Shown here: one piece after another, positions 28,536 through 38,267 of the stretch
How positions within the stretch are numbered: the first letter of the stretch is position 1
Layout of the letters: the number at the start of each line of letters is the position of its first letter
Assembly: GCA_965204905.1 (NCBI GenBank)
Contig: OZ242042.1
Location: 4,012,891-4,076,890, forward strand
Reading direction: 5' to 3'
DNA: 64,000 nt
From: Dehalococcoidia bacterium
GTDB taxonomy: Bacteria; Chloroflexota; Dehalococcoidia; Lucifugimonadales; UBA3495
The notes under the pieces: generated by a model
Told to the model about the DNA's origin: nothing
The model's input: the letters and a program-made list of their open reading frames with translations, nothing else
The model's database searches: none
Program-made: the position numbers and the translations under genes

Positions 28536-29441
28536 ATGACCAGCAGACCGTCAAAATCCCAAACCAGACCCATGCCCGACCCGCCTCGGATTAAGCATCC
28601 CACCGAGGCCGAGGCGCCCCATCTCTACGAGAACGGGGTGTATTATCCTTCCGCCGTCAACGGGCCGCTACTAGATCCGCCATCAGAGGCCGATGCTCCC
28701 CACTTGTATGAGAACGGCGTCTGCTACCCCTCATCGGACGGTGTACCTTTGCCCGACGGAGAAACCCAAGGCTTGCAATTCCAGGCGCTAGTGCCTGCTC
28801 TGCGCGGCCACTACGTTGACCAACCCCGCACCCACGTCAACGGCAACACTTTCATCTACTACGATGAGGGCAACCCCCGGCGCGCCGTTTCTCCCGACTG
28901 CTACGTCGCTTTAGACGTGGACGTTGACATCATCGACCACAACAACAACTACCGCATCTGGGACATGGGCAAACCGCCCGACTTCGTGTTGGAAATAGCG
29001 TCCCAAAGCACCGCCGACAACGACCTGCACCCGAAGCGGGAACTCTACGCCATCATCGGCATTGGGGAGTATTGGCGTTACGACCCCACGCCGGACAGCG
29101 AATTCTACGGCGAGCCGCTGGTGGGCGAGTGCCTGGTTGACGGCGAGTATCAGCGGATGCCGGTGGAGCCGGACGACGAGGGCAGACCCCGTGGCCACAG
29201 CCCGACGCTGGGGCTAGACCTGGTGTGGGAGGGCGACGGCCGGCTCCGTTTCTACGACCCTGCAACCGGCGAGTGGCTACGCAACTTTGAAGAAACGCGC
29301 GCCGAGTTGGTGGCGGAAAGAACCGCCCGGGAAGTGGCAGAGGCCATGCAGGAAACCACGCAGGCGCAACTGGAGGCGGCAGAGGCGCGTGCCGCCGACT
29401 TGGAGGCGGAGCTGCGCCGTCTGCGCGGGGACGAGGGCTAG
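28536..29441 (+). CDS. Uma2 family endonuclease with an N-terminal duplication and C-terminal coiled coil
   Basis: YPSSDG, VSPDCYV, PPDFVLEIASQST, GEYWRYDP, RAADLEAELRRLRG. Confidence 0.88.
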   Translation: MTSRPSKSQTRPMPDPPRIKHPTEAEAPHLYENGVYYPSAVNGPLLDPPSEADAPHLYENGVCYPSSDGVPLPDGETQGLQFQALVPALRGHYVDQPRTHVNGNTFIYYDEGNPRRAVSPDCYVALDVDVDIIDHNNNYRIWDMGKPPDFVLEIASQSTADNDLHPKRELYAIIGIGEYWRYDPTPDSEFYGEPLVGECLVDGEYQRMPVEPDDEGRPRGHSPTLGLDLVWEGDGRLRFYDPATGEWLRNFEETRAELVAERTAREVAEAMQETTQAQLEAAEARAADLEAELRRLRGDEG

Positions 29442-30490
29442 ACTGCCAAATCCGCGGCCGGTTCCCCTTGCGTTTTCGCCCAGACGAGGCTGGCCGCGCC
29501 GACCATGCCCTGGCTGTCGCCCAGGGTGGCCGGGGCCAGGCGAAACTGCCGGTGGCCGGAACTCATGGCGCGGCGACGCATACCGTCCTCGATGCGGCCC
29601 AGCAGGTCCAGTTGCAACAGGCCCTGGGTCACGCCGCCACCGAGCACAACCACGTCGGGGTTGAACAAGTTGAGGACATTGCCCATGCCCACGATGATGG
29701 CGGCGACGGCATCGTTGATCACTTCCAAGGCCACAGAATCGCCTCGCGCCGCCGCGTTGAACACATCCTCGCCGGTGATGGCGGCGTTGGCTTCGTAGGC
29801 GAGTTGCAGCGGTGCACCCGGGGTTGCGTCGCCGAGCCGAGATTGAGCAGCGCGTCCGATAGCGGTGCCGGAGGCCAGGGCCTCGAGGCATCCGCTGTTG
29901 CCGCAGGCGCAGGCCGGGGCGTCGGCGCGGCAATCGATGGTCATGTGGCCGACTTCCGCGGCGGCCCCGGCGGCCCCGATGAACATCTCGCCGCCATCGA
30001 CGACGCCGGCGCCGACGCCGGTGCTGAAGGTGACGAACACCAGAGTGCGGGCCGGCCGATCTCGTGGAGTAGCGGGACGCCCCGCGCCGTAGTAGCACTC
30101 GCCGAGGGCGGCCAAGTTGGCGTCGTTGCCCACCCACACGGGCAGATTGAGCACGGGCTGCCACAGGTCGGGCAGAGTCACCCCGTTCAGCGCCGGCAGG
30201 TTGGGAGAGGACAACAGCATGTTGGTGTCGGCGTCAATTGAACCAGCCAGAGCGATGCCGGCGCCAGCGATGGGACGGCCAAAGGCGTTATATTTGGCCT
30301 GGCGGAGCAGGGCGCCGGCCGTTGCGGCCAACTCGTCCTGGAGAGCGTCGGGCCGGTTGGCGATGCGGTCCTGCCAGAGTATCCGCCCCGCGCGATCGAT
30401 GACGGCGGCCCGCGCCCAGGTTCCACCCCAGTCCATCGCCAGGGCCACCGGCGAGTTTGCAATATTAGTGTCAGAGCGGTTGGCAGTCAT
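29438..30490 (-). CDS. ROK family sugar kinase (glucokinase-like)
   Basis: MDWGGT, NDANLAALGE, STGVGAG, EVGH, CACGNSGCLEALASG. Confidence 0.9.
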   Translation of the reverse strand: MTANRSDTNIANSPVALAMDWGGTWARAAVIDRAGRILWQDRIANRPDALQDELAATAGALLRQAKYNAFGRPIAGAGIALAGSIDADTNMLLSSPNLPALNGVTLPDLWQPVLNLPVWVGNDANLAALGECYYGAGRPATPRDRPARTLVFVTFSTGVGAGVVDGGEMFIGAAGAAAEVGHMTIDCRADAPACACGNSGCLEALASGTAIGRAAQSRLGDATPGAPLQLAYEANAAITGEDVFNAAARGDSVALEVINDAVAAIIVGMGNVLNLFNPDVVVLGGGVTQGLLQLDLLGRIEDGMRRRAMSSGHRQFRLAPATLGDSQGMVGAASLVWAKTQGEPAADLAV

Positions 30491-30523
30491 GGTTGAACGG
30501 ATTGTATCATCACCAATCGCGCA

Positions 30524-31099
30524 TTAACCGCCGTTTGATTCGGCCTCGGCCAGGAGGGTGTCTAACGTTGCCCGGAGGACGTCCTCGGGCATGGGGCCGA
30601 CGTACTTGTGGCGGATGATGCCGTTGGCGTCAACGAAGAATTTTTCGGGGATGCCGCGGACGCCGTAGTTGAGGGCAATGTCGCCGTCGGTATCCACGCC
30701 GGCGGGGTATTCGACGCCAAATTCCACCAGGAACAGCTCCGCCGAGTTCTCGGTGTCCCAGACGTTGACGCCGACGAACTCCACGGGCCGGTCCGCGTAG
30801 GCGGCGTAAGCGCGGTTCAACGCCGCCGATTCCTGCCGACAGGGGGCGCACCAGGAGGCCCAGAAGTCAACCATTACAACCTTGCCTTGCAGGTCGGACA
30901 ATCTCACGGTATCACCGTTCAACAGCGCCAACGAGAAGTCCGCGGCTGGGGAGCGTTCGATCCGGATCTCGCCGAACTGCTGGTTGATGCCGGTTCCGGG
31001 AGATTGGCCTCGCTGTTGCATCGCGGCCCAGGCCAGCAGAGCGAACAGGGGGACCAGCGCGGCGGCCGTCCCCAGGATGATCCAGTTGCGGCGGGACAT
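30524..31099 (-). CDS. Membrane-anchored TlpA/CcmG-ResA thiol:disulfide oxidoreductase
   Basis: N-terminal TM, FWASWCAPC, YGVRGIPEKFFVD; at the end of the ccm cluster. Confidence 0.88.
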   Translation of the reverse strand: MSRRNWIILGTAAALVPLFALLAWAAMQQRGQSPGTGINQQFGEIRIERSPAADFSLALLNGDTVRLSDLQGKVVMVDFWASWCAPCRQESAALNRAYAAYADRPVEFVGVNVWDTENSAELFLVEFGVEYPAGVDTDGDIALNYGVRGIPEKFFVDANGIIRHKYVGPMPEDVLRATLDTLLAEAESNGG

Positions 31100-32142
31100 C
31101 AGGCGGCGGTTTCCGTCGGGCGTCGCCAGACTCCCAGTATCAGTAGGCCAGCCAGCGACGCGGCCACTACGACGGGTATGGCAGCGTACCAGAATCGCGC
31201 TTCGGACAACGGATTGCCCAACTTAGTAATCCACGAGGGCTCCGGCAGGCTGGACAACTGGAGGTCAACGCCGGCGCCGGGGGCCAGGTTTTCGGTTCCC
31301 CAGACGTGGTAGGTTATCTCGCCGAGGGTCAGGCTATCCTGAGGGGCAAGCCCGCCCACGCCGATGTTGCCGAACTCGTCGGGGATCAGCAGGCGCAGAG
31401 ATTCCGCGCCCTGGAGCGTGTTGTCGCGCCAGGCCAGGGTGTCGCCGGCGTAGGGCACGGTGAAGGTGAAGCTCACCTGGTGGCGTCCGGGCGGCACGGG
31501 GGCGGTGATGGCGAAACCGGTGCCTACGGGTATCACCTCGCCGCCCACCAGATCGGTGGATACGTCGAGATTGGTCGCCTCGGCGGGCAGAGAGAAGCGC
31601 AGAAAGCTGAACTGGCCGATCATGGGCGGAGCGGACAGGTCAGGAACCAGCGTGGTGTCGCTGCGGTTTTCCAGGGTGAAGAGCTGCACGGCGGCCATGC
31701 GTCGTGTGGCGGTATCGATGCCGGCCACGATGATGGACTGCTCGGTGGTGGCGACTACGCCGACATCCCGGGTCAGCTCGTACACGGTGAGCGACACCGG
31801 GTCGGACGTTTCCGATGGCGAAAGCACCTGGCTGTACCTGGTGCCGCCATAGATGGCTACCACAGCCGCGCTGCCGTTTTCCGGCGTGGGCGGCACATCG
31901 TCAAAGCGGAACGCACCGTCGGCGTCGGTGGTGGTTTCGTAGGTGTCCACCGAGCCGGAATCGACGCCGAACTGGTGCAGCAGGACGGTGGCGTTGGCCG
32001 GGACCGGGCCGCTTTGGGTTCCGTTGATCAGGACGCCGGACGCCGGAGACGTAGCGGGCGACTGGGAATAGAGCGCGGCCGGCGTGATAGCCAGCAGGAT
32101 TATGGCCACCAACGCGGCCAGTATGGGCAATCGGATAAGCAA
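31099..32142 (-). CDS. Exported beta-sandwich (carboxypeptidase-regulatory-like) protein with C-terminal TM, ccm-associated
   Basis: Signal peptide, TTTDADGAFRFDDV, C-terminal hydrophobic helix. Confidence 0.65.
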   Translation of the reverse strand: MLIRLPILAALVAIILLAITPAALYSQSPATSPASGVLINGTQSGPVPANATVLLHQFGVDSGSVDTYETTTDADGAFRFDDVPPTPENGSAAVVAIYGGTRYSQVLSPSETSDPVSLTVYELTRDVGVVATTEQSIIVAGIDTATRRMAAVQLFTLENRSDTTLVPDLSAPPMIGQFSFLRFSLPAEATNLDVSTDLVGGEVIPVGTGFAITAPVPPGRHQVSFTFTVPYAGDTLAWRDNTLQGAESLRLLIPDEFGNIGVGGLAPQDSLTLGEITYHVWGTENLAPGAGVDLQLSSLPEPSWITKLGNPLSEARFWYAAIPVVVAASLAGLLILGVWRRPTETAA

Positions 32143-32149
32143 GGCGGGG

Positions 32150-32749
32150 TTACTGACCGCTCTGGACGTTGCCGTTGCGCTGCTGGCGCAGGTGGGCGAT
32201 TTCGGCGGTGAGTTCGGTCAGCGCGGCCATGAACGCCTGGTGTTCCTGCCGGCGCTCTTCTGCGGCCTGCCGACGTGTTTCTTCCAACTGCTGAAGTTCT
32301 GCTTCCATTCGGCGCTGCCGCTCTTCCGCAGCCTGCCGGCGCTCTTCGGCCAGTTTGTCCATCAATCCCTGGCGCTCTTCCATCAGCCCCTGGCGCTCTT
32401 CCTGCCACTGCTTTTGGAGTTCAGCCAATTGGTTTTGCGCCGCGATGCGCGCGGCTCGTTCCTTTTTGATCATGTCGTACCGCCAAAAACCTCCGATCCC
32501 GCCGACCAGCCCTCCGTAGGTCAGCATTCTCCCGAAAACGTCAACGTTAATGTACCTGGCAATGGAGCCCGGGTTGCAGCCCGTCAACGCGGCGACTTCG
32601 AGCGTGCAAACTGTATGGGTATAGTACCAGATGAGCCACGTTGACGCCGCAGTGATCAGGGCAAGCAGCGCCGGCAGCCACACTACCTCGATAATGTCGG
32701 TGACGGTGCGCCGCTCCGCGTCGGTTGGGAGTTCGGTAGGATCAATCAT
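32150..32749 (-). CDS. Hypothetical 2-TM protein with a repetitive coiled-coil tail
   Basis: Two hydrophobic segments followed by EERQGLM/EERRQAA repeats. Confidence 0.65.
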   Translation of the reverse strand: MIDPTELPTDAERRTVTDIIEVVWLPALLALITAASTWLIWYYTHTVCTLEVAALTGCNPGSIARYINVDVFGRMLTYGGLVGGIGGFWRYDMIKKERAARIAAQNQLAELQKQWQEERQGLMEERQGLMDKLAEERRQAAEERQRRMEAELQQLEETRRQAAEERRQEHQAFMAALTELTAEIAHLRQQRNGNVQSGQ

Positions 32750-33038
32750 CCCGCTCGCCTCCGGTCTCCTGTTCCATCTCCCTCAGCAGCGTTGCCGCCT
32801 GGCGGCGATATTCATCCAGTTGCTCCTGGAAATCGTCGTCGTTGATGCGGCCCAGGCTGTGGTCGGTTTGCAGGGTGCGGATGGCGTCGTACACGGCGTT
32901 GAGCGCGGCGGCGTGGTCGGCGCCTGAGGTTTCCGACGGATCCGTTGGAGGCGGCGGGTTACGTCGGCGGGCCAGCAGGGGCCAGGCCACAACTGCAATA
33001 ATCAGGAGCGCAACGGCAATCGCCAGGCCGAGTTGCAT
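32742..33038 (-). CDS. CcmI-like (N-terminal module) cytochrome c biogenesis protein
   Basis: TM-VAWPL, YDAIRTLQTDHSLGRINDDDF; follows ccmF. Confidence 0.65.
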   Translation of the reverse strand: MQLGLAIAVALLIIAVVAWPLLARRRNPPPPTDPSETSGADHAAALNAVYDAIRTLQTDHSLGRINDDDFQEQLDEYRRQAATLLREMEQETGGERDD

Positions 33039-33048
33039 GACGGGTACG

Positions 33049-35034
33049 CTAATCGGCGGAGCCGGCAGCCGTTGCCGTCGCAGCCACCGGACGGCGCACC
33101 GGCGCCCGGGCCGGCCACAGCGCGATCACCGTGCCCAGAATGAGCACCGGGCCGGCGACCCACATCCACCACACCAGCGGGTTGACCAAGATGCGGAAGC
33201 CGACCGCGCCGTCCTCCCGGTTCTCGCTGGGCACTACGTAGAAATCCTCCACCGGCGTGGAGCGTATGGCGGCGAGGGTGGACGCCATGTTGAAGTCCGG
33301 GTGGAAAGTGCGCCGGGGGTGCATTACGGTGAGGAACTCGCCGTTGCGGTACACCTCGACGGTGGTGCGATACTCGGTGCGGTCGGCGAAGGCCAGCGTG
33401 GTGGTGTCCACGTAGGTCATGCGGTAGTCGCCGACGGTGACCTCGTCGCCGGGGAACATCACCACGTCTTTTTGTATCCCGTAGAAAGACTGGCCGACCA
33501 CGCCCAACGCGACCATCACCACGGCCAAGTGAACCACGTAGCCGCCGTAGCGGGGACGGTTGGCTATGATGAGGCGGATGAATCCGACGGCGGGGTTATC
33601 GCCGACGCTGCGCCGGCGGGCCATGGTTCCGCGTGTCCACTCGGTCAGGATGCTTGTGGTTACCAGGGCGCACAGGGCAAACCCGACGACGGCGTAGGGT
33701 TGGCGAATGCCAAATATCAGCAGCGCCACCGCCGTTATCAATGCGGCGGATCCCGGCAGCAGCAGGGCGCGTCGCAAGGATTGCAGGTTGGCGCGACGCC
33801 AGGGCAGCAGCGGACCGACGCCCATGAGCAGCACCAGGACGAGCATCAGGGGGCCGTTGACCTGGTCGTAGAAGGGTCGGGCGACGGTGATTTCCTGCTC
33901 GGCGAACAGGCGGGACAGCAGAGGGTACACGGTACCCCACAGGGTGGCGAAGGCGATGCCCAGCAGCAGCAGGTTGTTGATGAGGAACGCGGCCTCGCGG
34001 GACAGCATGGAGTCCAGCCGCTGGGCGCTGCGCACCAAGTCGTAGCGCCAGAAGAATATCGCCATGGGGACGATGACGCCAAAGGCGAGGAACAGCAGGA
34101 ATACCCAGCCCAGCGTGGATGCGCCGAAGGAATGCACCGACGGCACCGGCCCGCCCCGGTTCATGAACATTCCGTAGAGAGCGAAGCCAAAGGCGACGTT
34201 GATGAGGACGATGTTCCACATTCGGAACATGCCCCGGCGTTTCTGCACCATGATGGAATGGATGAAGGCGGTCAGCGCGATCCAGGGCATGAAGGCGGCG
34301 TTTTCCACCGGGTCCCAGAACCAGAACCCGCCCCAGCCGAGGATGGTGTAGGCCCACCACGATCCCAGCAGCAGGCCGGACGCCAGCAGCGCCCAGATGC
34401 CGACGCCCCAGGCCCGGCCGGCGTCAATCCACTCATCGGCGCCCTTGCCTCCGATCAGGCTACTCAGGGAAAAGGCCATCGGGATGCTGATGCCCACCAA
34501 CCCGGCCATCAGCGCCGGCGGGTGGAAGAACATCCCGAAGTGGGTGAGCAGTGGGTTGATGCCCTGGCCGTCGGGCACCGGGAAGGGCAGCTTCTGGAAG
34601 GGGTTGGCCATGAATCCCATGACGGCCAGGAAGAAGACCTCGATGAGCATGAGGATGGCGACCGTCCACGGCAGGGTGGGTCGGGTGGACGCCGGGGCCA
34701 ACCAGATCGCCAGCGCGGCCATGACGGAGAGGGCGAAGGCGATATAGAGCAGTGACCCCTCGTTGCCGGCGTAGAAGGCGACCCAGGTGTAGATGTTGGG
34801 CATGGCGACGTTGCTGTGGGCGGCGACATAGGCCAGCGAGAAATCGCGGGTGATGAAGGACTGCACCAGCGATAGGGTTGACACCAGCAGCACGACGACA
34901 AGCACGTAGGACGCCTTGCGGCTGCTGTCCAGCAGGCCCGGTGATCCGCGCAGTTGCCCGGCTACCGACGCGGCAAAGGAGTAAGTTGCCAGGGCCAGCG
35001 CCATCCAGAGGCAGGCGGCTCCGAGATCAGCCAT
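33049..35034 (-). CDS. ccmF: Cytochrome c heme lyase CcmF/NrfE
   Basis: WAYTILGWGGFWFWDPVENA, GNEGSLL, HPP, SVHSF, YVVHLA, NPLVWWMW. Confidence 0.95.
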   Translation of the reverse strand: MADLGAACLWMALALATYSFAASVAGQLRGSPGLLDSSRKASYVLVVVLLVSTLSLVQSFITRDFSLAYVAAHSNVAMPNIYTWVAFYAGNEGSLLYIAFALSVMAALAIWLAPASTRPTLPWTVAILMLIEVFFLAVMGFMANPFQKLPFPVPDGQGINPLLTHFGMFFHPPALMAGLVGISIPMAFSLSSLIGGKGADEWIDAGRAWGVGIWALLASGLLLGSWWAYTILGWGGFWFWDPVENAAFMPWIALTAFIHSIMVQKRRGMFRMWNIVLINVAFGFALYGMFMNRGGPVPSVHSFGASTLGWVFLLFLAFGVIVPMAIFFWRYDLVRSAQRLDSMLSREAAFLINNLLLLGIAFATLWGTVYPLLSRLFAEQEITVARPFYDQVNGPLMLVLVLLMGVGPLLPWRRANLQSLRRALLLPGSAALITAVALLIFGIRQPYAVVGFALCALVTTSILTEWTRGTMARRRSVGDNPAVGFIRLIIANRPRYGGYVVHLAVVMVALGVVGQSFYGIQKDVVMFPGDEVTVGDYRMTYVDTTTLAFADRTEYRTTVEVYRNGEFLTVMHPRRTFHPDFNMASTLAAIRSTPVEDFYVVPSENREDGAVGFRILVNPLVWWMWVAGPVLILGTVIALWPARAPVRRPVAATATAAGSAD

Positions 35035-35650
35035 CCTTTGGTTCCCCCTCGCCCTGGCCCTCTCCCACCTGGGGAGAGGGAGTTGATGTGTCGGCCAAAG
35101 ACAGTTCCCGGTCCACTGCTGCGAGGTAGGGTTGCAGGTCGTCGGCTTCGCCGGCGGTTTCGGATGGGTTGTCGTCGGTGCGGCGGCGCATGGCGCGCAG
35201 GGTCAGCACGCCGCCGGCCAGCCCGGCCACGACGATCACGCCGGGCACGATCCATGCGATCAGATAGAATCCCGAGCGGGGCGGTTCGGCTAGCACGCTT
35301 GGGCCGTAGCGTTCGGGGGCGGAGAACCAGTCCAGGACTTCCTTCCGGGTAGCGCCGTCGGCGAGCAATTCGCGCACCTGGGCTCGCATCTGCTTGGCCA
35401 GGGGAACCTCGGTCTGGTCGATGGTCTGGGCGGGACAGACGGGGCACATGAGCATGCGGTCGATGGCCTGGGCTTCCGCCTCGTCATACGCTCCCGGCGG
35501 CGTAGCGGTTTCACCCTTGCCTGATTGCGCCATTGCGTTGCCAAAGAAGAAAGCGCAGGCCAACAGGGCGATGGCAGAGGCAATGCAAACTCTGGTGAAG
35601 GGGTTTCTCACCTGGCGGCTACCGTGCGCTTTGAGCAGCTTGGATTTCAT
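35027..35650 (-). CDS. ccmH: Cytochrome c biogenesis protein CcmH (start uncertain)
   Basis: LMCPVCPAQTIDQ, MRAQVRELL, RYGPSVLAEPP, C-terminal TM. Confidence 0.88.
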   Translation of the reverse strand: MKSKLLKAHGSRQVRNPFTRVCIASAIALLACAFFFGNAMAQSGKGETATPPGAYDEAEAQAIDRMLMCPVCPAQTIDQTEVPLAKQMRAQVRELLADGATRKEVLDWFSAPERYGPSVLAEPPRSGFYLIAWIVPGVIVVAGLAGGVLTLRAMRRRTDDNPSETAGEADDLQPYLAAVDRELSLADTSTPSPQVGEGQGEGEPKDG

Positions 35651-36086
35651 CTGGCCACTTACTCTTGATATAAGCCAACACTGCCCAAATATCGTCGTCG
35701 TTCAGTGTATCGGAAAACCCTGGCATGGCGCTTTTGTAATCGCTGCCGATAACGGCTCTCGGTCCCCATTTGGTAAGCTCAAATAGAAGTTCGTCGCCGT
35801 GATGCCAGGTATGGCCGGTGACGTCGTGAGGTGGCGCTGGCAGGGTTCCGTCCGCATTCCGCAAGGTCCAGTTCGCCTGCCCTTCGAGGTTAACACCGTG
35901 ACAAGAGGCGCAGGCTTCTTGATAAACCACTTCGCCGCGAGCGACCATATCGGGATTAGAAGCGTCAGCCCGGTTTGAAGTCAGGTTTTGTCCGTCGGTA
36001 CAGCCAACCAGGACCATGACTACCGCGACAGCCATCATAATCCGGCAGAGATTGGACGGTAGATTCATCATAGACTTTTCTAACAT
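35619..36086 (-). CDS. Monoheme cytochrome c lipoprotein
   Basis: LVGC lipobox, CASCH, PAPPHDVTGHTWHH, MPGF. Confidence 0.88.
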   Translation of the reverse strand: MLEKSMMNLPSNLCRIMMAVAVVMVLVGCTDGQNLTSNRADASNPDMVARGEVVYQEACASCHGVNLEGQANWTLRNADGTLPAPPHDVTGHTWHHGDELLFELTKWGPRAVIGSDYKSAMPGFSDTLNDDDIWAVLAYIKSKWPDEIQAAQSAR

Positions 36087-36151
36087 CCGCTATTCGCCCA
36101 ATACGCTGGCCGGATCTGATACCCGCTTAACACACGCCGCATGTTCTATGG

Positions 36152-36502
36152 TCATTCGTCCAGTATGGATTGCAGGATCTCCCACGTCAGTCCGCGTTCC
36201 TGAGCTTTACGGCTCATTTCCGACATAGTCTCCCGCAGTGACTTTCTAGTTTCCGGCACTTTGTCCAACCCCAACTTGGCGATTAGCTCCATCTTTAGGC
36301 GCTCTTGCTCAGCCTCCCAACAGGGGCCGCGTGCCGCTTCCGCCTCCTGTTGCCTTTTGGCGAGCGCCATCTTATCGCGCAAGTATGAGTTCACCAGAAA
36401 CTCGACCTGGCGGTGGCCCATGTCTGACGTCGAGCGATAGTATTCGGCTACATCGGAATCAACCGTCACTGCTATGGTGTCTTTCATCGCTGTGTCCCCC
36501 AT
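36152..36502 (-). CDS. Hypothetical small protein (antitoxin-like)
   Basis: N-terminal IAVTVDSDVAEYY, C-terminal MSRKAQERGLTWEILQSIL. Confidence 0.6.
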   Translation of the reverse strand: MGDTAMKDTIAVTVDSDVAEYYRSTSDMGHRQVEFLVNSYLRDKMALAKRQQEAEAARGPCWEAEQERLKMELIAKLGLDKVPETRKSLRETMSEMSRKAQERGLTWEILQSILDE

Positions 36503-36571
36503 AGAAATGAGTGCTACCGTAATGGTAACACTCTGAGCGACGCCTTGCCGGGGAGTTGCGCGGATACGGCG

Positions 36572-37123
36572 CTACTGGCAGGCCGCCTGGTTGCCGTCCT
36601 GGATGCAGTCTTCCACGTAGTCCAGCACCAGCTCAATCTGGTCTTCGGTGAGCAGCTTGGAGAAGGAGGGCATGATGTTGACGCCGCCAGTAAGGACGCC
36701 CCGTAGCGCGTCGCGGTCGAGGCCCCTAGCGGCTTCAGAGGTCAGGTTGGGGTTCAGGAGTGGGGCGTCGGTGGCCTGGTAGCCGTAATCGACGATCATG
36801 CGGCCGAGCACCTGGCCATCACCCTGGCCCGTGACGCCGTGACACATGACGCAGTTGGTTTCAAAGATGTGCTTGCCCGATCCGGCGAAGGACGTGGGCT
36901 GCGGCGGCGTGGAGCCGTACCAGGGTACCGCGGAGGCCGGCGGGCTGAGGCGCGGCGGCTCGTGGACCTTGTAGGACGGCTGGTAGTGCATCTCGTAGAA
37001 GATGTCCAGCGGATACGAACCTTGCGAACACCCGACGGCCAGCAAACCGGCCACGATGGCCAACCCGACCAACGGCAGCAGTCGCCCGCGCATCAGTTTA
37101 GTTCGTGTCATCAAAGTTCTCAT
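36572..37123 (-). CDS. actE: Alternative complex III monoheme cytochrome c lipoprotein (ActE-like)
   Basis: LAVGC lipobox, EMHYQPSY, CVMCHGVTGQGDG, MPSF; operon position. Confidence 0.8.
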   Translation of the reverse strand: MRTLMTRTKLMRGRLLPLVGLAIVAGLLAVGCSQGSYPLDIFYEMHYQPSYKVHEPPRLSPPASAVPWYGSTPPQPTSFAGSGKHIFETNCVMCHGVTGQGDGQVLGRMIVDYGYQATDAPLLNPNLTSEAARGLDRDALRGVLTGGVNIMPSFSKLLTEDQIELVLDYVEDCIQDGNQAACQ

Positions 37124-37169
37124 TCCGATCTTGGTGATGATGGTGAAAATAATCGCTAGATGTTTGAGG

Positions 37170-37673
37170 TCAGCGAGTGGTAACGTCCACTGCGCCAGCT
37201 TCGTTGAGTATCTCGGTCACGCGGGGACTCTGATCTGCGCCGGCGTTGACGAGCAGGCCGATGAGTCCCTGACTGATGCGGTCGTCGGACATGGGGTTGC
37301 GCAGGTTGGGGCGGATAGCCATGACCAGCCCGACCACGGTGAACAGGATCGCGCCCAGCAGCGCGCCGGTGTAGCAGATGACGGCCAGCGGCGGCATGGC
37401 CAGGATGGGCTTCGGCGCTATGGTCATGGGGACGGCCATTGGAGTTACCCCGGCCACCACCAGGGCGACGATCAGCCCGATGAGTCCGCCGAGCAGGGGC
37501 CACACGTAGAGCCGGTGGCGTTCCATACCCTCGCCCAGTGCGCCTTCGGGATAAGGCACGTCGGTGAGGAAGTTGTAATCGGATTCGGGGATGCCGGCCG
37601 ACTTGAGCGCGTCGCCGGCGTCAGCGGCCGCCGAAGCGTCGTCAAACAGTCCCAGAATTGCTTGTGTTGCCAT
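37170..37673 (-). CDS. actD: ActD-like (DUF3341) membrane subunit, copy 2
   Basis: ILGLF, PYPEG, two TMs, EAGAVDV; paralog of the upstream gene. Confidence 0.8.
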   Translation of the reverse strand: MATQAILGLFDDASAAADAGDALKSAGIPESDYNFLTDVPYPEGALGEGMERHRLYVWPLLGGLIGLIVALVVAGVTPMAVPMTIAPKPILAMPPLAVICYTGALLGAILFTVVGLVMAIRPNLRNPMSDDRISQGLIGLLVNAGADQSPRVTEILNEAGAVDVTTR

Positions 37674-37694
37674 GGGATAAATCCGCTTGTTGCG

Positions 37695-38255
37695 TTACTG
37701 ATCCGTTTTGACTTCCACCGCGCCGGCGGAGTTCATTATCTCGATCACTTCGTAGCGTTGCTCAGGCTCAGCGTTGACGCGCAGGCCGAGGAACCCCTGG
37801 GTGATGCGGTTGTCGTAAAGGCCCAATTGGAACTTGGGCAGGCGGGACTCGAAGACGATGCCGATGACGGTGAAGAGGATCGCGCCGAGCATGGTGCCTT
37901 CGTAGCACACGATGGCCATGGGCGGCAGGGACAGCACGGGCTTGCCTCCCGTCACCAGCGGGTACGCGACCTGGGTCATTGCGGTGATCATGATGCCGGA
38001 GGACAGGCCCAGGAGCGCGCCGATGAAGGGGTACAGGTACAGGCGGTGCTTTTCCTCGCGCTCGCCCAGGGAGCCTTCCGGGTAGGGCGAATCGGTGAGG
38101 AAGTCGTAATCGGTGTCGGGAACGCCGGCTTCCTTGAGCGCGTCGCCGGCAGTGGCGGCGGACTCGGCGTCCTGGAACAGGCCCAGTATGGCCTGCTTCC
38201 GATTGGGCGGAGACAGCGCGTCCCGCATCCGCTGCATGAATCCTGGCATTGCCAT
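37695..38255 (-). CDS. actD: ActD-like (DUF3341) membrane subunit, copy 1
   Basis: SPYP, YPLVTGGKP, CYEGTML, LYDNRIT, AGAVEV. Confidence 0.85.
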   Translation of the reverse strand: MAMPGFMQRMRDALSPPNRKQAILGLFQDAESAATAGDALKEAGVPDTDYDFLTDSPYPEGSLGEREEKHRLYLYPFIGALLGLSSGIMITAMTQVAYPLVTGGKPVLSLPPMAIVCYEGTMLGAILFTVIGIVFESRLPKFQLGLYDNRITQGFLGLRVNAEPEQRYEVIEIMNSAGAVEVKTDQ

Positions 38256-38267
38256 GGCGGTAACTCT

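Noticed and set aside
32842-34755. Long antisense ORFs (also 13646..15226, 16113..17708, 21853..23448, 37002..38678, 39493..41208)
   Set aside because: They lie opposite well-supported genes; such stop-free shadows are common in high-GC DNA, and they show no motifs.
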